A stretch of DNA of 64,000 nucleotides from Bacteroidota bacterium (GCA_016718035.1 JADKEK010000003.1:200292-264291), one strand, 5' to 3'; shown: positions 1 through 10,640, counted from the first letter of the stretch. Program-made: numbers and translations. Notes: generated by a model not told the origin, from the sequence alone.

Positions 1-1
1 T

Positions 2-1357
2 AATAATTATACCATTATTGACCTAGGTGTAATGGTGCCGACTGAAAAAATTCTAACAACTGCTGTTGCAGAAAAAGTAGACATTATTGGATTAAGCGGA
101 TTAATTACACCATCGCTGGATGAAATGGTGCATGTTGCTGATGAAATGGAAAAGCGGAATATGACTATCCCTTTATTGATTGGTGGTGCTACTACATCAA
201 GAACTCATACTGCAGTTAAAATTGCACCGGTTTATTCTCAGCCTGTTATTCATGTTACCGATGCATCACGCAGTGTTACTATTGCCGGGAAATTATTAGG
301 TGCCGAAAAAAACAATTTTATTAAAGAAATACGTGATGAATATGCCATTATACATACCAATCACAAATCGAAACAATCGTTTAAAGGGTATATTTCAATT
401 GGTGAGGCGCGGAATAACAAAATAGCGCTTCAACAAAAAAACTACACTCCTACTGTCCCAACTTTTACTGGGGTTAAAGTGTTTGATAATTATCCATTAG
501 CTGAGCTTGTTGCGTATATAGACTGGACACCATTTTTTCAAACATGGGAATTACATGGGAAATACCCTGCTATATTTGAGGATGAAATTATTGGTGATGC
601 AGCTCAAAAATTATATGATGATGCTCAACATTTACTTAAATCTATAATTGAACACAATTGGTTAACTGCAAAAGCAGTAGTTGGTATTTTTAAAGCTAAC
701 TCCGTTCAAGATGATATAATTGTGCGCAACGAAAATGATGAAACTATCACGGTATTACATCATATTCGTCAGCAAAATAAAAAAGCTGACAATCAACAAA
801 ATTATTGTTTAAGTGATTTTATTTTACCAGATACTGACGGCGTTACTGACTACATTGGCGCTTTTGCAGTAAGTGCAGGTTTTAATATTGAAACCAAAGT
901 TGCGGAGTTTGAAGCGCAACATGATGATTATAATTCAATTTTACTAAAAGCACTTGCCGACCGTTTAGCAGAAGCTTTTGCAGAAAGAATGCACGAGTTG
1001 GTTCGAAAAGAAATTTGGGGCTATGCTAAAAATGAAAGCACTACCTTAGATGATTTAATATCAGAAAAATATATTGGCATAAGACCTGCTCCGGGTTATC
1101 CTGCTTGTCCTGACCATACTGAAAAAATTACTTTGTTTAATTTATTGGATGTAACCAATAATATCGGTTTACAATTGACTGAAAGTATGGCGATGTATCC
1201 TGCAGCAAGTGTAAGTGGTTGGTATTTTGCACGTCCGGAATCTAAATATTTTGGTATTGGAAAAATCGGTAAAGATCAGGTGATTGATTTAGCTAAACGC
1301 AAAAATATGGATGTAACTGTGTTAGAAAAATGGTTAAGTAGCAACTTGAACTATTAA
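2..1357 (+). CDS. metH: Methionine synthase MetH, C-terminal part (cobalamin-binding and AdoMet-reactivation domains); the 5' end lies outside the window
   Basis: The frame is open from nt 2 (NNYTIIDLGVMVPTEKIL). GLSGLITPSLDEMVHVADEM and PLLIGGATTS match the B12-binding region, and RPAPGYPACPDH matches the reactivation domain. Confidence 0.9.
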   Translation, partial: NNYTIIDLGVMVPTEKILTTAVAEKVDIIGLSGLITPSLDEMVHVADEMEKRNMTIPLLIGGATTSRTHTAVKIAPVYSQPVIHVTDASRSVTIAGKLLGAEKNNFIKEIRDEYAIIHTNHKSKQSFKGYISIGEARNNKIALQQKNYTPTVPTFTGVKVFDNYPLAELVAYIDWTPFFQTWELHGKYPAIFEDEIIGDAAQKLYDDAQHLLKSIIEHNWLTAKAVVGIFKANSVQDDIIVRNENDETITVLHHIRQQNKKADNQQNYCLSDFILPDTDGVTDYIGAFAVSAGFNIETKVAEFEAQHDDYNSILLKALADRLAEAFAERMHELVRKEIWGYAKNESTTLDDLISEKYIGIRPAPGYPACPDHTEKITLFNLLDVTNNIGLQLTESMAMYPAASVSGWYFARPESKYFGIGKIGKDQVIDLAKRKNMDVTVLEKWLSSNLNY

Positions 1358-1365
1358 GTGGAATA

Positions 1366-2034
1366 CTATTTTGTTTTATTTTTTCCTAAAGAAGAACTGA
1401 TTTGTTCAGCTAATTTTTCTGCCCAAAGTCCATACATTTTTCCTGAAGGATGCAAACCATCGTTGGCCAATAAGGCATTGTCATTTTTCGCCAATCTCGA
1501 TATTGCTGTAATATCTAAATATTGCACCTTATACTGATTTGTTAGTTGTTTGTTAATGGCATTGAAGGTATTTATTTCTTCAGCTATCTGTTCAGAGCTG
1601 GTTTGTAAATTGGCTGCAAATGGTGTAACACCATAATCCGGAATGCTCAGTACAAAAACATGTTGTGCATTATTATCAGCAAATCGAATAGCTGTTTGTA
1701 ATAAAGCTTCGAAATTTTTTGCATAGGTCGCTGTATCATATCCTCTAAACTGGTCGTTTACGCCGATTAATAATGTAACGATTTCGTAAGTATGTTGAGG
1801 TGTATTTTTTTCGATATTCGTTATGAGTTCCTGACTGGTAAAACCTGTGCGTGCGATTATCTCCGGTTTTGCGAAATTAAGGTTTTGTTGTGCTAATAAT
1901 TCTACCGTTAATTCAGGAAATCGCTCTTCAGCGTGAACAGATTGGCCAATCGTATAGCTATCGCCTAAACAAAGCATAGTTTTTTCTTTAGGCATAAATA
2001 ATGTAGTGCAAAATAATAACAGCTGTATCATCAT
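1366..2034 (-). CDS. SGNH/GDSL-family hydrolase (esterase/lipase-like)
   Basis: SGNH blocks are present: LCLGDSYT (Ser), GVNDQ and DGLHPS (Asp/His). The N-terminus is short and hydrophobic. Confidence 0.75.
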   Translation of the reverse strand: MMIQLLLFCTTLFMPKEKTMLCLGDSYTIGQSVHAEERFPELTVELLAQQNLNFAKPEIIARTGFTSQELITNIEKNTPQHTYEIVTLLIGVNDQFRGYDTATYAKNFEALLQTAIRFADNNAQHVFVLSIPDYGVTPFAANLQTSSEQIAEEINTFNAINKQLTNQYKVQYLDITAISRLAKNDNALLANDGLHPSGKMYGLWAEKLAEQISSSLGKNKTK

Positions 2035-2074
2035 AACCTATATACGCATTAAATGCCGGTTTGGATGGCATTTA

Positions 2075-3400
2075 TCAGTTAAGTGGTAATTGTCCGCTCA
2101 ATTTCAACAGTTGCAATTCAGCCAATTTTGCATTCAGCGTTTCTACCAATAACCTATTTTTTGCCTGGAGTAAACTTTGCTGAATATCACGCAGTTCAAC
2201 GGCTGTAATATTGCCAAGATTATATTTCTCGATAGCAATAGCCACATTGCCTTGGGCAGCTGCAATATTTTTTTGTTCCAGGTTCATTAAATAAAGCGAT
2301 GTAGTATATTGATTATAAATAGTCAACAAAATAGTATTTAACTCTAATTGTATTTGCTGGGTTGTTGTAACAACCTTTTCCTGTTCAATACGAGCAATCT
2401 GCAAATTTTTTGTTGTAGTTAGCCCGTTAAACAATGGAACACTTAATGTTAACCCAACTGAAGGTCCGTAATTGAGATTTGATTCAACAAATCCGGATTC
2501 AGATGTTGAACGCAAATATCCATATCCACCTATAAGATTAAGTTCAGGGTACAACATTGCTTTATATTCTTTAATACCAAGTGCTATAATATCAACTTCA
2601 TTTTTAGCTATTTGCAAATCGGTATTGGCTTCGATAGTTTTAGCAAGTAAATCATTATAATTAAGGCTAGTTGCAATTTCAATTTTTTCGTCGGTATCAA
2701 AATCGGTTTCAGGGCTTCGACCTAATAAATTATTGATATTTGCTTTTACATTTTTTAATTGTAATTGTGTTTGCAACAATGATGTGCTGTCCGCAGATAA
2801 ATCAACTTCTGCTTGCAACACATCTAATCGCGAAGCAGCACCTAAACGTTCTCTGCCACCCGCAATATTCAATCGCTCTGTAGAAACTGCAATATTCGAC
2901 TTATTCACTGTTTCTGCTTCTTTTAGTTGTATTAGCTGAAACCACATTGCCTGCAGATTAAACATGGCAGTTTCTATTTGTTGCTTAAGTTGTAGTTGAC
3001 TTAAATTTTCGAATTCATTTAATTTATCCTTTGTTGCAAACATGGCAAAACCGTCGAATAAAGTCCAGTTAATATAAACACCTGCATCAAGCGCATTAGC
3101 GCCCGCATTATCAACTGACCTGACATCGCCGCTGAAATATTGTTGTTCTGAATTTGAAAGTTCAGTATTATATGCAGCTTCAGCAGTAACAGTAGGTAAC
3201 ATACCGGCAAAACCTGCAGAATTTTGCAAGCCGGAAATATCGGTTTCTAGCTTTTGAATAATTATCCCATAATTATTGCTAAGCATTATTGCTTTAGCTT
3301 CATTCAATGTTAATTGCTGCGCCTTTGTTGTTAATTGTGTAACAACAAACAGTATTGATATAAGTATTTTGAAATGATTAATCTTCATTTGTATGAGCAA
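2075..3400 (-). CDS. TolC/OprM-type outer membrane efflux factor of the RND system
   Basis: 441 aa with a signal-like N-terminus and the repeated helical composition typical of outer membrane factors. It overlaps the 3' end of the pump gene by 23 nt. Confidence 0.85.
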   Translation of the reverse strand: MLIQMKINHFKILISILFVVTQLTTKAQQLTLNEAKAIMLSNNYGIIIQKLETDISGLQNSAGFAGMLPTVTAEAAYNTELSNSEQQYFSGDVRSVDNAGANALDAGVYINWTLFDGFAMFATKDKLNEFENLSQLQLKQQIETAMFNLQAMWFQLIQLKEAETVNKSNIAVSTERLNIAGGRERLGAASRLDVLQAEVDLSADSTSLLQTQLQLKNVKANINNLLGRSPETDFDTDEKIEIATSLNYNDLLAKTIEANTDLQIAKNEVDIIALGIKEYKAMLYPELNLIGGYGYLRSTSESGFVESNLNYGPSVGLTLSVPLFNGLTTTKNLQIARIEQEKVVTTTQQIQLELNTILLTIYNQYTTSLYLMNLEQKNIAAAQGNVAIAIEKYNLGNITAVELRDIQQSLLQAKNRLLVETLNAKLAELQLLKLSGQLPLN

Positions 3401-6400
3401 TTTTTTTATGATTTGATGACCACATCAGATACAACAAAGGAATTAAGTATAATGTTAAAATCAATGAAAACAATAACCCGCCGACAATAACAATTCCCAT
3501 TGAAACACGGCTTTTTGATGATGCACCTAACGCCAATGCGATGGGTAAAGCGCCTAAAATAGTTGCAAAACTTGTCATCAAAATTGGTCTGAATCGTTGT
3601 GTTGCTGCTTCAAGTACAGCATCAAATTTATTTAAACCTGTCTCTTTTTTTTGATTAGCGAATTCAACAATAAGAATACCATTTTTGGTTACAATTCCAA
3701 CTAAAACAATGATACCAACATAACTAAAAACATTCAAGGTTTGTTTGAAAATAAACAATGACAAAACAGCGCCGGAAAGTGCTAGCAGAATTGTGAACAT
3801 CATAATAAAAGGGTCACGGAAACTTTCGAATTGTGCGGAAAGAATTAAATAAATTAAAATTAGTGCCAAGTAAAATGCATAAAGAAAACTGTTGCTGCTT
3901 TCTTCAAATTCTTTTGAAGTACCGGCTAATGCAGTGGAAAAGTCATCGTTCAACGTACTTTCTGCAATTTTATCCATCACTTCAATACCATCACCAATGG
4001 TATATCCCGGTGCAGGGTTTGCAGAAATAGTGGCAGATACGTATCTGTTATAACGAAATAACTGAGGTGGCGAACTTTTATCAGTAAGTGTTACTAAATT
4101 ATCCAATTGAATTAATTCACCTCGATTATTTTTAACGTAGGCTTTACTTAAATCGAGTGGTTCATCTCGATTATCCCGGGTTGCCTGACCAATTACCTGA
4201 TATTGTTTATTATTAAAAATAAAAAATCCAAAACGCTGACCACTAAAATATAATTGCAATGTTTCTGCAATATCACGGACAGTTACACCTAATGCACGAG
4301 CTCTGTCTCTATCTATTTCAACGGTTAATTCCGGTTTATTAAATTTTAAATTGATATCTACAACCAGAAATGCAGGTTCTTGTGCGGCCTTTTCCATAAA
4401 AACCGGGATAGCAGCGCGCAATTGTTCAAAGTCAGGCGCCTGAATTACATATTGAACAGGCAAACCTGCTCTCCTATCGCCACCAATAGTTTGCTCCTGA
4501 CTTACGAATGTTCTAGCGAAGTTGTATTTTTTAGCTAATGCAGCCATTTCATCCGCCAATTCCTGTTGCGATTTATCCCGCAATTCCGCTTCAACCAAAT
4601 TAACACGAATAAAACTGGAATTTGCAGCACTAGAAGAACCAAAACTTGGTGCGGTTACGGCAATGATATTTCTTTTTTCGGGCAGTGTATCAATAAATGC
4701 AATTAAATCCTGATTAAACGCATCCATTTTTTCGAATGACGTTCCTTCAGGCGCAGTTGCATTAATTACAAAACGTCCTTTGTCTTCCATAGGAGCTAAT
4801 TCTTCAGGCAGCTTTCCACCAAAATAAATAATGATAAATGCAGCCAGTCCTATGATTAAGAACGCAACACTTTTTATGCCCATTATCGTTTTTAAAGACC
4901 TGTTATATAAACGATTAAGTGCTTCAAAAAATGGTTCAGTGGCACGATATAACCAATTGTGACGTTCCCTGTTTTTTAAAATGCGGGAACTCATCATTGG
5001 TGTAAGTGTAAGGGAAACAATAGCAGAAATAATAACAGCACCCGCTACTGTAATTCCAAATTCGCGGAACAATCGCCCTGTTAATCCCTGTAAAAAAATG
5101 ATAGGTAAAAAAACTGCTGCTAATGTTACAGTAGTGGATATAATGGCAAATATTATTTCTTTTGAACCTTCGTGAGCAGCTTGTAAAGGAGGTGTGCCTT
5201 TTTCTACTTTCGCATAAATGTTTTCAAGCACAACTATTGCATCATCAACCACAATACCGGTTGCCAATACAATACCGAGCAGCGTTAAAATATTGATTGA
5301 AAACCCGGCAATATACATTATAAAAAATGCACCTATCAGGGAAATAGGAATAGCAATTACCGGAATTAATGTTGTGCGCCAATCTCTTAAGAACGCAAAA
5401 ATGATAAGCACCACAAGCAGGAATGCAATAATTAATGTTTCTTTTACCTCGTCAATTGCTTTGCGGATACTAAGGGTTGAATCGAGTGCGATTTCATATT
5501 TTAAATCCGGAGGTAATTCATCCTTAATTTTATCTACCCGATTATAAAATTCATCTGCAATGTCGATATAATTAGAGCCGGGTTGTGGTGTAATCGCGAC
5601 AGCAACTTGCGGAATGCCACCATTTCCTCTAAGTATAGATCTTTCGTTTTCTGGTAATAATTTAGCTTCACCTATGTCTTTTAACTTTATTACAGCGCCA
5701 TCGGTTTCTTTAATAATTAATTCATTAAAATCTTCTTGAGTAGTTAGCCTTCCAAATGTTCGAATTGACAATTCGGTATTATATCCTTCTATTCTTCCAG
5801 TGGGCAATTCCACATTTTCTTTATTTAGTGCATCACGAACATCCAATGGTGTTAAATTGTATCCGGCTAATTTCACAGGATCCAGCAGTAACTTCATGGA
5901 ATATTTTTTTTCACCCCAAATTCTAATTTCACTTACTCCGGGAATTGTTTGTAATCTTTCCTTAAATACATTGTTAGCAATTTCTGACAATTCCAATAAT
6001 GTACGTTGATCACTTTGAATGGTCATTGAAACAATTGGATTAGAGTCCGCACTTGTTTTGGCAACTACCGGCGGATCACAGTCAGGAGGCAAATTCCTCA
6101 CAGCCTGACTTACACGGTCGCGAACATCATTGGTTGCTGCTTCCAAATCAACATCTAATTCAAACTCAACGGTGATGGTGCTTCTGCCATCGGCACTTGT
6201 TGAAGATAATGAACGAATACCTGCAATACCGTTAATATTTTCTTCGAGCACTTCTGTAATCTGCGATTCAACAACGTCAGCATTTGCACCAATATAGTTA
6301 GTAGTAACGGTAATAATTGGAGGGTCCACACTGGGATATTCTCTCACCCCTAAAAAGGAGTAACCAATAATTCCAAATAATAAAATTAAAATGGATATTA

Positions 6401-6446
6401 CTGTTGCGAGTACGGGACGATTTATAGAAACTGAAGATAAATTCAT
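3378..6446 (-). CDS. RND (AcrB/HAE1-family) efflux permease
   Basis: 1022 aa with two large periplasmic loops between TM clusters. It carries the conserved AcrB-type segments VVDDAIVVLENI and GIVTKNGILIVEFAN. Confidence 0.95.
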   Translation of the reverse strand: MNLSSVSINRPVLATVISILILLFGIIGYSFLGVREYPSVDPPIITVTTNYIGANADVVESQITEVLEENINGIAGIRSLSSTSADGRSTITVEFELDVDLEAATNDVRDRVSQAVRNLPPDCDPPVVAKTSADSNPIVSMTIQSDQRTLLELSEIANNVFKERLQTIPGVSEIRIWGEKKYSMKLLLDPVKLAGYNLTPLDVRDALNKENVELPTGRIEGYNTELSIRTFGRLTTQEDFNELIIKETDGAVIKLKDIGEAKLLPENERSILRGNGGIPQVAVAITPQPGSNYIDIADEFYNRVDKIKDELPPDLKYEIALDSTLSIRKAIDEVKETLIIAFLLVVLIIFAFLRDWRTTLIPVIAIPISLIGAFFIMYIAGFSINILTLLGIVLATGIVVDDAIVVLENIYAKVEKGTPPLQAAHEGSKEIIFAIISTTVTLAAVFLPIIFLQGLTGRLFREFGITVAGAVIISAIVSLTLTPMMSSRILKNRERHNWLYRATEPFFEALNRLYNRSLKTIMGIKSVAFLIIGLAAFIIIYFGGKLPEELAPMEDKGRFVINATAPEGTSFEKMDAFNQDLIAFIDTLPEKRNIIAVTAPSFGSSSAANSSFIRVNLVEAELRDKSQQELADEMAALAKKYNFARTFVSQEQTIGGDRRAGLPVQYVIQAPDFEQLRAAIPVFMEKAAQEPAFLVVDINLKFNKPELTVEIDRDRARALGVTVRDIAETLQLYFSGQRFGFFIFNNKQYQVIGQATRDNRDEPLDLSKAYVKNNRGELIQLDNLVTLTDKSSPPQLFRYNRYVSATISANPAPGYTIGDGIEVMDKIAESTLNDDFSTALAGTSKEFEESSNSFLYAFYLALILIYLILSAQFESFRDPFIMMFTILLALSGAVLSLFIFKQTLNVFSYVGIIVLVGIVTKNGILIVEFANQKKETGLNKFDAVLEAATQRFRPILMTSFATILGALPIALALGASSKSRVSMGIVIVGGLLFSLILTLYLIPLLYLMWSSNHKKIAHTNED

Positions 6447-6457
6447 GTAGTTTACAA

Positions 6458-7519
6458 TTAATTTGATTTACCTGAAAGAATTGGTTTAACCGGCATTCCA
6501 TCGCGCACAGTTAATAATCCTGTTACAATAACAGTATCTCCTTTCGAAATACCCTCAACAATTTGTGTAGTTGTTTCTGTTCTTAATCCGGTTGAAACCA
6601 CAGTCATGGTTGCTTTACCATTTTTCACCAGCATTACCGACTGCCCTTTAATTGTCGGAACTAATGCTTCAGAAGGCAAAACCATTGCATCCTGAATGGT
6701 GGACAAATTAATTTCCAACTTTGCAAACGCGCCTGGAATGAGTTCATTATTTGTATTTGGTCCTGTTGCTCTTATTTTAATTGTGCGAGTTGCAGGGTCA
6801 ATTTTTGGTTCTTTTGCGTAAACCGTTGCTGAATATAATTTATTATTACCTTCCACAGTATAATTAACTGTAGCACCATTTTTAATATTACCCGAATATT
6901 TTTCAGGGATACTAAATTCAATTTTAACAGGATGCGTTTGTTGTAATGTTGCAATTAAATTGGCAGGTGTAACATAACCACCTTCGCTGATGTATCGCAA
7001 ACCGATAATTCCGGAAAACGGTGCTGTAATTTTAGTTTTGGCAATTTGTGTATTTAATAATTCAATTTCCGATTCGAGTTTTAACAGGTAATTGAGAGAT
7101 GCATCATAATCTTCTTTACTAATGCCGCCAATTGCTGCTAATTGTTTTTTTCGTGATTCATCATCTTTAGCCAATTGAACAGATAATTCTGTTCGTTTTA
7201 ACTGAGATAGCAATTCTCTGTCATCAATACTAATCAGTAATTTACCTGCAGCAACACTTTCTCCTTCCTTAAAATACACACCTGTAACACGACCTTGAAT
7301 CTCGCTGCGTATTTCCACTTCCTCATTAGCGAGCACAGTGCCTGTAGCATCAATTGAGTTATCCATGTTTTCACTTCCGACAATAATTACCTTAACAGGT
7401 TGAGCAGGAGGTGGCCCAGCAACGACAGGTTGATCGACTGATTTCTTTTCCCCGCAGGCAGCAAATGCAATAAGCATTCCTGAACCAATCACCACTAATA
7501 AATATTTTGATGCACGCAT
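6458..7519 (-). CDS. RND efflux periplasmic adaptor (membrane fusion protein)
   Basis: Lipoprotein-like N-terminus (LIAFAACG) and HlyD/AcrA-like lipoyl, hairpin and beta-barrel composition. It lies 11 nt upstream of the pump gene. Confidence 0.9.
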   Translation of the reverse strand: MRASKYLLVVIGSGMLIAFAACGEKKSVDQPVVAGPPPAQPVKVIIVGSENMDNSIDATGTVLANEEVEIRSEIQGRVTGVYFKEGESVAAGKLLISIDDRELLSQLKRTELSVQLAKDDESRKKQLAAIGGISKEDYDASLNYLLKLESEIELLNTQIAKTKITAPFSGIIGLRYISEGGYVTPANLIATLQQTHPVKIEFSIPEKYSGNIKNGATVNYTVEGNNKLYSATVYAKEPKIDPATRTIKIRATGPNTNNELIPGAFAKLEINLSTIQDAMVLPSEALVPTIKGQSVMLVKNGKATMTVVSTGLRTETTTQIVEGISKGDTVIVTGLLTVRDGMPVKPILSGKSN

Positions 7520-7590
7520 AATGTATAGATATAAGAGATATAGAATATTTGTTTAAGTCTAATAATAGCAAAAAAGTTTACCAAAAATTG

Positions 7591-8469
7591 TTAATTCTCA
7601 AAGGAAATACCATAATCTTTTTTCAATTGTGCTAAATCCTCTTTAAAATATTGTATGGCAATTTCCTTTTCATGGGGAGATAAGGGTTGAATAACCACTT
7701 GTTTTTTATTCATTGCATATACTTTATCAATGATGCCTGATTTTATCACCAGATTCCGAAATGGGCGCAAAATAAATGATATCGTTTTACGAATTGGATT
7801 ATTTCGGTTTAAAAGGAATTGCTGTAACCAAATACTTTTCGCTCCTGAAGCTGCATTAAATTCCTTATTGGCTTCTTCAAAAGGGACATAATTAATATCC
7901 AATCGACTGCACAAATTGCGATAAAATGATTCCGGGTTGTTTTTTAAATCATTTAATTTCAATATAACAAGCTGAGATACATTAAAGTATTTATTCCAAA
8001 TGCTGATATGTTTATGATACAAACTGCCATATAAATGACAGGTATTATTTACATCAACAATATCAAGTGTATTCAATCTTTCTTTTTCCAAATCAATTGT
8101 GCTCAGAAATGAATTTTCTTTTTTCTCATGACCAAAATTGACTGAATAGTTATAATTACTATACGAGCGGGAAATTGGATCGCGCAGCATAATAATTATT
8201 TTCATATTTGGATTATAGGCGAACACTTTTTCAGGAGCAGAATGATCCATAAGTAAATAGGTATCTGCTGTTGTTGTTATTTTTTTTGTTTCTTTAGGGA
8301 ACAAACTATGGAAATAAGATTCACCTCTTTTATATAAATCGGCAATAGAAAAATAATGCACCTCTTTTGTAATAGAACTACTCACTTCAGGATGCGCTGC
8401 GAGATAAGCAGAAATAGAAGTTGTGCCACTTCGCCCTGCGCCAATTACCAAAACATTTACCAGCGTCAT
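7591..8469 (-). CDS. PAPS-dependent sulfotransferase (Sulfotransfer_1-like)
   Basis: 5'-PSB motif VIGAGRSGTTS near the N-terminus and 3'-PB motif MLRDPISRSYSNY. No signal peptide. Its start overlaps the stop of the deacetylase gene (ATGA). Confidence 0.8.
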   Translation of the reverse strand: MTLVNVLVIGAGRSGTTSISAYLAAHPEVSSSITKEVHYFSIADLYKRGESYFHSLFPKETKKITTTADTYLLMDHSAPEKVFAYNPNMKIIIMLRDPISRSYSNYNYSVNFGHEKKENSFLSTIDLEKERLNTLDIVDVNNTCHLYGSLYHKHISIWNKYFNVSQLVILKLNDLKNNPESFYRNLCSRLDINYVPFEEANKEFNAASGAKSIWLQQFLLNRNNPIRKTISFILRPFRNLVIKSGIIDKVYAMNKKQVVIQPLSPHEKEIAIQYFKEDLAQLKKDYGISFEN

Positions 8470-9461
8470 TTGCCAAGCCTCCTTTTAAAGCGGTGATAAT
8501 AATATTCGTTGCCAATTATTTCCTGTAATCCGTACCGTATATGTTCAGCAGGAATACGTTCAATATGTTTTGGATATTTGGTTGTTTGTAATCCGGCCGT
8601 ACCAAAACTTAAGTCAATTTTTAATTCTCCATACATAGCCGGAAATAATTCTTTCACAACACCATCTGCGGTAAAAGGAAAAGCAAAATATTTCTTTTTA
8701 AGTTGAAAATTATCTGCAATTATCTGCATACTATCACGAGTTTGCAAAAATTGAATTTGGGGGTCTATTGTCCGATATTCAGGATGATTTATTGAATGTG
8801 CGCCAATGGCATGACCTTCCTTAATTAAATCTAGAATTTGAGCAGAAGTTAAATAAGGGGTATGTTCAGCTAAATAAGTATTGAAGGACACATGACAAGC
8901 CAAAGCAATTTTATCTATTAATTCAGTATCGCTCCATTTAAGTTGCAATAAATATTTTGCGGGGTTTGCAATTTTTACTTTTCCTAAACTTAATAAATTG
9001 GTTATCTGTTTACTCAATTTTTCGGTTGGCACTTTTTCAATTAAAACAGCAACCTTGTATCTATAAAACAACCCTTTATTATCAATAAAATCGCTATTTA
9101 AAAAAAAGGTGGCAGGAATTCCCATTTGTTTGAGAATTGGTGCGACTACCGAATGCATTTCACTTAGACCATCATCAAAAGAAAGCACAAAATATAATTT
9201 GCCTTTTTCATAATTTCCTGCAACATAATCATCCATATGCAATGGCGTAAAATGTTTCAACAGGTATCCCATTTCATCTTCAAAAGAAGTTGTGTCTTTT
9301 ATAGGATAAAGGTGTTTGATATGAGGGACTGACTGATTACTAACAATATGATAAAATGGGAAAATGATGTGTACACCTGTATTTTTCGCAAGGCGCTGCA
9401 AGTCCGCATTTTTATTGCGATTGTTAAAAGTATTAAAATACAGTTGTTTAAAGCTTTGCAT
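8466..9461 (-). CDS. NodB-type polysaccharide deacetylase (CE4 family)
   Basis: The SFDDG motif and the HSINHPEY (H-S-x-x-H) metal-binding motif are present. There is no N-terminal signal peptide, so it is predicted to be cytoplasmic. Confidence 0.8.
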   Translation of the reverse strand: MQSFKQLYFNTFNNRNKNADLQRLAKNTGVHIIFPFYHIVSNQSVPHIKHLYPIKDTTSFEDEMGYLLKHFTPLHMDDYVAGNYEKGKLYFVLSFDDGLSEMHSVVAPILKQMGIPATFFLNSDFIDNKGLFYRYKVAVLIEKVPTEKLSKQITNLLSLGKVKIANPAKYLLQLKWSDTELIDKIALACHVSFNTYLAEHTPYLTSAQILDLIKEGHAIGAHSINHPEYRTIDPQIQFLQTRDSMQIIADNFQLKKKYFAFPFTADGVVKELFPAMYGELKIDLSFGTAGLQTTKYPKHIERIPAEHIRYGLQEIIGNEYYYHRFKRRLGK

Positions 9462-9536
9462 GCGCCAATTGTATAAAGCATGTAAAGCTAAATCAATTCA
9501 CTTAAAAGGTTCTCCTCATTTACCCATCTTTTACAA

Positions 9537-10640
9537 CTAGGCAAATAAATCGAAATCCAGTTTCAATTGACCGGGGCGCTTAAATGACTTGATATTATAT
9601 TCGAACGCTTTCTTTTTCGGCATGTATTTGTCACGCATTAGATAAAAAAGTTGATGAATACTATTAGCCAATTCTCCATCACCACGCATTCTGAGTGACC
9701 AGCGACTATCATTAAGTTGTCCCTGATGAGTAGAACGAATATTATTCAATACCTTTTCTGCTTTCATTGGGTATGTTTTCCAAATCCAATCGGTAAATAT
9801 TTTATCAAGCGCTCCATTTAAACGAACCATTGTATAATTGGCAGTTTGGGCACCGGAATCGGCTGCAGCGTTCATGATATCAGGAATTTCCGAATCAGTC
9901 AGACCTGGTATAATCGGACCTATCATTACACCGACAGGAATTCCGGCTTCAGCCAGTTTTTCTATTGTTTTCAGCCTGTTGCCACAACTGGAGGTGCGCG
10001 GTTCCAATTGACGACGTAAATCTTCCTTTAAGGTAGTGATAGTAATATTTACGAAAATCAGATTTTCTTTCGCCAGGTCTTTGAGTATATCAATATCGCG
10101 CAGTATTAATTGGTTTTTGGTAATGATACCTGCAGGGTTTTTGAATTTACGGCATACCTCGAGTAGGCTTCTGGTAATGGCCAATTTGCGTTCTACCGGC
10201 TGATAACAATCGGTGTTTCCAGAAAAAGTAACCGGTCCCGGCACCCATTTTTGCTCCATAAATACTTTTTCCAGCAATTCGGCGGCATTGTGTTTGACAA
10301 TTATTTTAGTTTCAAAATCCAATCCGGCGCTAAACCCCCAATAGTTATGTGAATTGCGCGCATAACAATAAATACAGCCGTGTTCGCAGCCCTGATACGG
10401 GTTAACAGAATACATCATAGCCGCATCAGGCATTTCCAATTTATTGAGAATTTTTTTGGGCTGTTCAATAAAATACTGCGTTTCACGCGGCTCCGGTAAG
10501 GCTTCATCGAGGCCTTCAAAGTGCTCTTGTGTAAGATTGGCATTATTGAATGGATTAAAAGGATTAATTTGGGCTCCGCGACCTTTAAAAAATTTTTCTT
10601 CAAATTTTGGAAATTCCATAATTGTCATTATTTTTGACAA
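9537..10640 (-). CDS. Radical SAM protein, PA0069/SplB (COG1533) family, function unknown
   Basis: CxxxCxxC cluster CEHGCIYC and N-terminal KGRGAQINPFNPF typical of the PA0069 family. The ORF track starts at a TTG (10640); an ATG at 10628 is a likelier start. Confidence 0.8.
   Translation of the reverse strand: MSKIMTIMEFPKFEEKFFKGRGAQINPFNPFNNANLTQEHFEGLDEALPEPRETQYFIEQPKKILNKLEMPDAAMMYSVNPYQGCEHGCIYCYARNSHNYWGFSAGLDFETKIIVKHNAAELLEKVFMEQKWVPGPVTFSGNTDCYQPVERKLAITRSLLEVCRKFKNPAGIITKNQLILRDIDILKDLAKENLIFVNITITTLKEDLRRQLEPRTSSCGNRLKTIEKLAEAGIPVGVMIGPIIPGLTDSEIPDIMNAAADSGAQTANYTMVRLNGALDKIFTDWIWKTYPMKAEKVLNNIRSTHQGQLNDSRWSLRMRGDGELANSIHQLFYLMRDKYMPKKKAFEYNIKSFKRPGQLKLDFDLFA

Noticed and set aside
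2051-2073. Hairpin aaatgcc-N9-ggcattt immediately after the TolC-like stop codon, considered as a terminator
   Set aside because: No U-tract follows it on the minus strand, and the next co-directional gene starts 17 nt away. The evidence is insufficient.
2075-7519. The RND efflux operon as a dedicated exporter for the sulfated glycan, given its position just downstream of the deacetylase/sulfotransferase pair
   Set aside because: It has the standard tripartite HAE1-type architecture and is separated by a 71-nt gap. The polysaccharide locus has its own Wzx/Wza/Wzc export machinery, so adjacency alone is not evidence.
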